64,000 nt of DNA from a virus. Under the pieces are notes generated by a model, which did not search any database, was not told the DNA's origin, and saw only the letters and a list, made by a program, of their open reading frames with translations. The DNA is taken from positions 36,843-100,842 of the IMG/VR virus record IMGVR_UViG_3300042691_038651; one strand, 5' to 3'. Positions 58,681 to 64,000 of the stretch are shown piece by piece. Each line of letters opens with the position of its first letter. The stretch's first letter is position 1. Both the position numbers and the translations under genes were made by a program.

Positions 58681-58986
58681 ATGCGTAATACAACACAATC
58701 CCCTAATGGAACAAGTTTTCACGGCGATACTTTCCGTGCATCTGTAGCCGACCTCCGTCTAATCTGTGGAGAACCTATTTGCGAACAGAACGATGGATCT
58801 GACAAGGTCAACTTTGAATGGTTCATGGAAACTGAAGATGGCGAGGTCTTTACCATCTACGACTGGAAAGAATACCGACCGCTCCGTGAAAACGAAATCA
58901 TTGAATGGCACGTAGGCGGCTTTAATGGTAGCACAACTAGCCAAGCCGTAAACGAAATTGCTAACTCACTAAACACATTAGGCTAA
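58681..58986 (+). CDS. Hypothetical early protein
   Basis: DKV..EW, FTIYDWK, WHVGG. Confidence 0.7.
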   Translation: MRNTTQSPNGTSFHGDTFRASVADLRLICGEPICEQNDGSDKVNFEWFMETEDGEVFTIYDWKEYRPLRENEIIEWHVGGFNGSTTSQAVNEIANSLNTLG

Positions 58987-59441
58987 TGAAAGCAAACATA
59001 TACTTAGATGATGTTCGTACTCCGAACGAAAGCGGATGGACTGTAGTCCGCAACTACAACGAATTTGTAGATGTGGTAAGCAAACTTGGTCTGGAAAACA
59101 TTGAGGTCATTACATTGGACCATGACCTTGGTGATACTGCAATGTCAGAATACTTCAACAATGTTAGTCCAAACTACAAATTGGACTACAACAATATCAA
59201 GGAGAAGACTGGTCTCGACTGCGCAAAGTGGTTAATTGACCACTACCTCGACAATTACGTAACCGAGGAAAGCCGCTCAGAGAAACGCGATAGTGGAATC
59301 GTATTTCCAAAGGTCTTCACCCACTCAGCAAACCCAATTGGCTCTGCCAACATCATGGGTTACATCAATAACTTTTTCATGAACGAAGGTCAACCACAAA
59401 CCTGCGTTCGCGTAAACATTCCTCACACCGTAATTCAATAA
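58986..59441 (+). CDS. Cyclic-phosphate-processing receiver-like domain protein
   Basis: YLDD.R.P, W..VR.Y, LDHDLG, TG.D..KWL, HSANP.G. Confidence 0.8.
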   Translation: MKANIYLDDVRTPNESGWTVVRNYNEFVDVVSKLGLENIEVITLDHDLGDTAMSEYFNNVSPNYKLDYNNIKEKTGLDCAKWLIDHYLDNYVTEESRSEKRDSGIVFPKVFTHSANPIGSANIMGYINNFFMNEGQPQTCVRVNIPHTVIQ

Positions 59442-59449
59442 ACAAACAT

Positions 59450-59677
59450 ATGAACGTAGCAAGCAAACAAATCAAGCAGGTTCGCAAAGCCGAACAAGAA
59501 GTAATCAAAATTGAGATGGATCTTATGTGGCACGAACGCGCATTGCGTCACAAAGGTTTCACCAACTACTCTGGGTTGATGACCAGAGACGAGCAGGCCG
59601 ATGCCAAAGAGCGTCGTAAGTCGCTGCGATCATTCATTGTTGAAAACCGCAAAAGCTTCCGCAAAAATGCTAAGTGA
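59450..59677 (+). CDS. Small basic hypothetical protein
   Basis: ORF in operon. Confidence 0.6.
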   Translation: MNVASKQIKQVRKAEQEVIKIEMDLMWHERALRHKGFTNYSGLMTRDEQADAKERRKSLRSFIVENRKSFRKNAK

Positions 59678-60026
59678 TTACCCTGCACCAGTGGCAGAAA
59701 CTCTAGAAAATGCAGCCCAGGTTCTCTCCGAGCCGGGCGGCTTTTTCGATGAGTATAACATTCCTCACCAGAGAGGAACTGAGCTCTTTGCTGAGTTGGC
59801 CGGGCCTGATATGCTTAAATCTTGGCTTGACACTGGTGAAATTGAGGTTCCCGATGATGATGTCTTTCACAAATACCTGGTACGCATCATTACTGAATCT
59901 CATCTAATGGATTTGAAAGAAGCTGGCATTGTCGATTGCATTGAAGATGAGCATGGCGAAGAACACTTTTGGTTAACCTCCGATGGAAAGCAATTGGCTG
60001 AAATCGCGAAATACTTTGAAAAATGA
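59667..60026 (+). CDS. Hypothetical protein (winged-helix-like end)
   Basis: L.EAGIV..I.......FWLT..GK. Confidence 0.6.
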   Translation: MLSDYPAPVAETLENAAQVLSEPGGFFDEYNIPHQRGTELFAELAGPDMLKSWLDTGEIEVPDDDVFHKYLVRIITESHLMDLKEAGIVDCIEDEHGEEHFWLTSDGKQLAEIAKYFEK

Positions 60027-60499
60027 ATTGCAAATGCGGTACTATCATACACCCAAAGAGAACCGAGCTTGGTTACAAAACTTGTGTGGATTGCTCCACT
60101 GAGAGAAAATGGGGTGTGGTTCCTATCACGTATCACAAGACTGGCAACACGGTAGAGATCGTCAAAGATCCAGACCTTGCAGCTGAAATGGTTGCGATGT
60201 CACAGCGAACCGGGTTTGGCGTTATGAAAGGTCTAACCGGCAGCCACCGAAAAGCAAACAACAAGGAAGCACCAAAACCAAAGGCGCTACCTGACAAAAT
60301 CATACAGGACAAAATCATATCACGCAAGAAGATTGAGTCTGATTGGTATCTCGTGGGTGAGGAAGCTACAAAAATTGCTGAAACCTCTGGAATAGATAAA
60401 GCATTACAGCACATTCAACAGGCTCACGATGAAAAACGCATTTTCCGTTGTGACGTTGAACGTCTCACTCAAATCATAAACTTTTTAGTAGCATCATGA
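60023..60499 (+). CDS. Protein with N-terminal TraR/DksA-type C4 zinc finger
   Basis: CKCG..IHPKR.ELG..TCVDC. Confidence 0.6.
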   Translation: MNCKCGTIIHPKRTELGYKTCVDCSTERKWGVVPITYHKTGNTVEIVKDPDLAAEMVAMSQRTGFGVMKGLTGSHRKANNKEAPKPKALPDKIIQDKIISRKKIESDWYLVGEEATKIAETSGIDKALQHIQQAHDEKRIFRCDVERLTQIINFLVAS

Positions 60500-61080
60500 A
60501 AAAAGAAATCACCGTCGGTGGCAAACAGATTATTGTCACCAATGAAACTTCACAGAATTTTGAAGGAACGATTGTCATTACTGACCCTTGCTATTTCATC
60601 AATGATGAAATTTGGCAAGCTCTCTGTAGCGAGGTTTGGTTTGAAGATCGCAAGTCAACGCCTTTCACGGATGGTGGAACAATCTACATGGGAAATATCA
60701 AAATCCTTTATAGCACAACCGCTCATGGAGATGGAAGCTATGAAGTTACTGATTGCCGAGGCATTACACAGAAAGAATTTGGTGTAGATGCAGGTATGAT
60801 GGCAGTCATCACCAAAGAAGACTTTGAACGACTAAGCAATGACGAACTCACAATAGGTTTGTATGCAGTGGTTGAAGAATTTGATGGCACAGTTATAGCG
60901 CATTCAGACGGAAACTTTGCGGGGGACCTTTGCGTCTTTACTGATGGAACTAACGAGGATGACACAGACAATGATTCCTGGATTGATGATGAAGATGATG
61001 ATGACTACTGGCGCAGTCGAGATAACAAAGGAGAGTATGGCGATGATGACGACTACTATGGAGACGATGATGACTACTAG
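60496..61080 (+). CDS. Hypothetical protein with acidic tail
   Basis: ITDPCY, TAHGDG.Y, GVDAG; Asp-rich C-terminus. Confidence 0.65.
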   Translation: MKKEITVGGKQIIVTNETSQNFEGTIVITDPCYFINDEIWQALCSEVWFEDRKSTPFTDGGTIYMGNIKILYSTTAHGDGSYEVTDCRGITQKEFGVDAGMMAVITKEDFERLSNDELTIGLYAVVEEFDGTVIAHSDGNFAGDLCVFTDGTNEDDTDNDSWIDDEDDDDYWRSRDNKGEYGDDDDYYGDDDDY

Positions 61081-61091
61081 GTAGGTAAAAA

Positions 61092-61153
61092 TTGTTAATA
61101 ACTTTAGGCCGAAAGATTTTTTTCTTTCGGCCTTTTTTGTTAATTTTATACTA
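61092..61153 (+). promoter_or_regulatory. Class 1 element, copy 8
   Basis: TTGTTAATAACTTT, AGGCCGAAAGA-T6-TCTTTCGGCCT, GTTAATTTTATACTA. Confidence 0.8.
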
Positions 61154-61170
61154 ACAAATTTAATTTACTT

Positions 61171-61647
61171 ATGATATCAAAAGAGGACTACGACAAAATC
61201 TATCTAGGCGATGGCCTGGTCAACCATCAAGAGCTCAAAAAACATTTTGACCTTAGCGGCATCTATTCACCATTTGGATTGTCAATCAACAATGACAAAT
61301 CATGGATGGGTAGTTACAACTATGCTCCAGTAGGTTTCCGAGAAGTCTCTATCGAGGAATTTGCTCAGAAACGGTTTGATGGCCATCCTATCATACATGA
61401 GCATCGACAGCTGTTTCATAATCACGATGGGTCAAAGCTGGGCAAAATGATATCGGCTGACTTCACCATCTACAGTGGCGATTGCGGGTACGCGATAGAA
61501 AGAGACTACTGGAAAAAGACTGTTCGCTACTACCTCTTCGAGAAATGCGAACACAACTGGGTATACACACGCAACCTGGGAAGATGCTACAATGAGTATC
61601 AATGTGATAACTGTGGTGCTGTAAACGCGGTGGACTCTGGTGATTAA
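61171..61647 (+). CDS. Hypothetical protein with C-terminal Zn ribbon
   Basis: CEH.W.....GRC...Y.C..CG....DSGD. Confidence 0.65.
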   Translation: MISKEDYDKIYLGDGLVNHQELKKHFDLSGIYSPFGLSINNDKSWMGSYNYAPVGFREVSIEEFAQKRFDGHPIIHEHRQLFHNHDGSKLGKMISADFTIYSGDCGYAIERDYWKKTVRYYLFEKCEHNWVYTRNLGRCYNEYQCDNCGAVNAVDSGD

Positions 61648-61711
61648 CAATTGTACACCAGATTAAAACTATGGACACACAAATGCATATAAATAGTAAA
61701 CCTTATCAAAA

Positions 61712-62020
61712 ATGACAAATATCACTAGAGGTCACTCTATGACCTACAATTTATTCGACAAAGACTATCAAGTTCACGTCCACAAATCTGAATACAAAAA
61801 TGGTGGAACTGCTCTCCAGCTTACCGATGCCGAGGATGGCATGCCATTTGCTACTGCCACCATCTGGGTGGAAGGCCTTGCAGAAAATGAGGTAGCAATC
61901 AAAAACTACTCTGAAAATCTGGGTATGCTAACATTCCTTGTAACGAATGGTATTGTGGAACAGCCTCACCGCCAAATTGACAACGGCTTCGTAAACATCC
62001 CGGTATGCAGACTAAAGTAA
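61712..62020 (+). CDS. Hypothetical protein
   Basis: Y.NG..AL.L...DG.PFA.AT, IK.YSEN.G; class 2-like AAAC-N17-ATATAA at 61666. Confidence 0.65.
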   Translation: MTNITRGHSMTYNLFDKDYQVHVHKSEYKNGGTALQLTDAEDGMPFATATIWVEGLAENEVAIKNYSENLGMLTFLVTNGIVEQPHRQIDNGFVNIPVCRLK

Positions 62021-62976
62021 TTCCATACAACAAGCGCGTTGGATACGCATGTATCAATATGACGCTTGGGCGCGATGGCGTTACCACAAACCGTGATGCG
62101 ATACAAAGAACATTTCAAACCAAAGGACTTGGACACATCAGTAAGTTGGTTCTTGCCAATGTCACTGACCTGGAAAAGGTCATTCACTGGAATGAGGAGA
62201 ACGGGTTCAAGTTCTATCGGATCTCATCCTGCCTATTTCCCTGGATGACAGAATACAGCTTTGATGATTTGCCTGATTGGCAGGACATTAAAACGGTTCT
62301 TCGACGCATCGGTGATGCTGCCACAAAATATGGTCAGCGCATGGAATTCCATCCAAGCCACTTCACAATCTTGGCATCACCAAACCCGACCACTGTAGAA
62401 CGTAGCATCCGTGACCTGGAACAGCACAGCCGCATCTTTGACGAGATGGGTCTGGAACCCAGCCACTGGAACTGTCTGAACATTCATGTCGGCGGCGCAT
62501 ACGGCGACAAGGAAATTGCATCACAGAGGTGGTGCGACAATTTCAGCCGACTCTCAGAAAACTGCCGCAAACGCGTGGTGGTGGAAAATGATGACAAGGC
62601 AAATATGTACTCCGTGCTGGATCTCTACAATATGATCTACAAAAAGGTTGGTGCACCTATTACCTTTGACATCTTTCACCACACATTTTGCACCGGCGGT
62701 CTGTCCGCATACGAGGCGGCTAACCTGGCAGCATCTACATGGAAGGACGCTCCGCTAGTCATTCACTGGAGTTCATCCATGAAAATGTATGAAAATGCCG
62801 ATGCCAAATCAGTGGCTCACGCAGACTACATCTATGACGAATTCCAGGACTGGGAAACTGGTGGTTGGTTTATGTGCGAATCAAAAGCCAAAGAACTCAG
62901 CATCCTGGAATACTGGGAACGTGGACCAAGGCCTCAGATGGTTGTTAACAAGGAGGAAAACCATATCAATAGCTAG
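62005..62976 (+). CDS. uvsE: UV-damage endonuclease (UvsE/UVDE)
   Basis: GYACIN, FYRISS.LFP, HP..F..L.S, IHVGG.YG.K, VENDD, FD..HH, H.DY, ESKAKE. Confidence 0.93.
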   Translation: MQTKVIPYNKRVGYACINMTLGRDGVTTNRDAIQRTFQTKGLGHISKLVLANVTDLEKVIHWNEENGFKFYRISSCLFPWMTEYSFDDLPDWQDIKTVLRRIGDAATKYGQRMEFHPSHFTILASPNPTTVERSIRDLEQHSRIFDEMGLEPSHWNCLNIHVGGAYGDKEIASQRWCDNFSRLSENCRKRVVVENDDKANMYSVLDLYNMIYKKVGAPITFDIFHHTFCTGGLSAYEAANLAASTWKDAPLVIHWSSSMKMYENADAKSVAHADYIYDEFQDWETGGWFMCESKAKELSILEYWERGPRPQMVVNKEENHINS

Positions 62977-62983
62977 AATATAA
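62956..62983 (+). promoter_or_regulatory. Class 2 promoter
   Basis: GAAAAC-N16-ATATAA. Confidence 0.65.
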
Positions 62984-62988
62984 CTAAC

Positions 62989-64000
62989 ATGGGAAAAAAC
63001 AAAAATAGAGAAGAAGTTATACGCGCGTTGGAACTTGATGACGCTGAGTTCAATGACTATATAACAGGCAAGGCATCACCTAAAGTGCGTAGAAAACTTG
63101 ATGATGAATTTGTACCAGAAGACGATCTCAAAATAGCATTGAGAGAATACGGTCGCCCAAGAAGTTATTCAAACATCAATCACGTACGTCCGTACATAGA
63201 GGCTTGGCCTGGTTTACCCGACCCTTCATATATGGTCATTTCGCCGGAAGGCTCTATACCATACCATCAAATTCACGAGTATTTGATAAGCACGGGGTGG
63301 AAACTCGTTTGGCAGTATTCCAACTATCGCACTAAACAAATGCAGCGCCCTGGAACAGCACTCTACATTTCTGACCGGGTTGGCTATATGATTGAACTCT
63401 GCCTTGACTATACAATCGGCAACAAAAAACGTCGCAAAAACTTAAAGAAGATTGATTGTAACCCAGCACCTTGCACAGTAGAAAAGTACCCTGACTACCA
63501 AACAACAGAAGGTGATATTATTACGATTGATGATGCCACTCTATTCTCGCAAGTAAAAGGTTCAGAACACTGGGATGAAGAATTTGTAGTCAATCTGCTC
63601 CGTGAATTTGAGAAGCACGAAAAGCCTTCCAAGAATGAACACGCTGAGGTAAGCATCATCGTCATCAATCAAGGCGACTACGACATTCGTTCATTTTCTC
63701 TAGAGGATGCAAACACATCTTTCAACTATCCGGACCTTCACTATGGAGATGGTTTTGAAAAATTCCACGACGAGCTTCTTAAAAGAGTCGATGACGAAAG
63801 CAAGGGATTGATACTCTTTCATGGCCAACCCGGCACTGGAAAAACGCAATATATCCGTCACCTTCTCAAAGAACTCTGTTCTGCCAACAAGGCAGTTCTC
63901 TATTCCCCGCCTGCCGTTTCAGCTTCATTGGCCGAACCTCAGATGATTAACTTCATCAGCGATTGGATCATGGGAGAACGCCGTGACTGTATACTTTTAA
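62989..64000 (+). CDS. AAA+ ATPase (3' truncated; not in the ORF track)
   Basis: Open from ATG 62989 to the window end; KGLILFHGQPGTGKTQYIRHL Walker A. Confidence 0.85.
   Translation, partial: MGKNKNREEVIRALELDDAEFNDYITGKASPKVRRKLDDEFVPEDDLKIALREYGRPRSYSNINHVRPYIEAWPGLPDPSYMVISPEGSIPYHQIHEYLISTGWKLVWQYSNYRTKQMQRPGTALYISDRVGYMIELCLDYTIGNKKRRKNLKKIDCNPAPCTVEKYPDYQTTEGDIITIDDATLFSQVKGSEHWDEEFVVNLLREFEKHEKPSKNEHAEVSIIVINQGDYDIRSFSLEDANTSFNYPDLHYGDGFEKFHDELLKRVDDESKGLILFHGQPGTGKTQYIRHLLKELCSANKAVLYSPPAVSASLAEPQMINFISDWIMGERRDCILL

Noticed and set aside
2105-61153. Repeated hairpin elements as a CRISPR array or transposon ends
   Set aside because: Copies are dispersed kilobases apart directly upstream of start codons, with no spacer array, cas or transposase
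104-62187. Minus-strand ORFs in the track (for example 2362..2985, 9302..9823, 37600..38169, 48790..49107)
   Set aside because: They are shadows of + strand genes with no recognisable motifs or promoters
1-64000. Stop-codon reassignment (TAG or TGA), as in some Bacteroidota phages
   Set aside because: Core genes are full length in code 11, and TAA, TAG and TGA all end genes at sensible positions
1-64000. tRNA, tmRNA or rRNA genes
   Set aside because: No cloverleaf or T-loop signature seen in the short gaps; the largest gaps are about 165 nt

Overview
A 64 kb, gene-dense segment of a T4-like jumbo myophage with every credible gene on the + strand. The host is probably a Bacteroidota: starts lack Shine-Dalgarno motifs and have A-rich leaders, and NrdA, SmpB, DUF2452 and the AAA protein look Bacteroidota-type. 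Replication, repair and nucleotide genes include nrdA, an NAD ligase, topoisomerase II A/B, clamp and clamp loader, only the C-terminal half of a split family-B polymerase, UvsX, gp41, gp46/47, RNase H/FEN, Gmk, dCMP deaminase and UvsE. These are interleaved with virion genes: gp15-, gp4-, gp2- and gp14-like proteins, portal, terminase, sheath, tube, chaperones and tape measure. Two phage sigma factors are present (ECF-like and gp55-like). The intergenic DNA shows three fixed-geometry promoter classes that sort by gene function, suggesting a host-sigma > ECF-sigma > gp55 cascade. Other notable signals are a probable -1 frameshift (A9 run, A-AAA-AAG plus hairpin) that completes an SH3-like domain on a head-core protein, a probable +1 frameshift in the tail chaperone pair, and capsid-targeted polyprotein-like internal proteins. 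There is also a TacA/AtaR (DUF1778) antitoxin-like segment inside a late membrane protein, a phage SmpB, and a ~104 nt structured intergenic RNA candidate. All family assignments come from motif recognition by eye; no searches were run.
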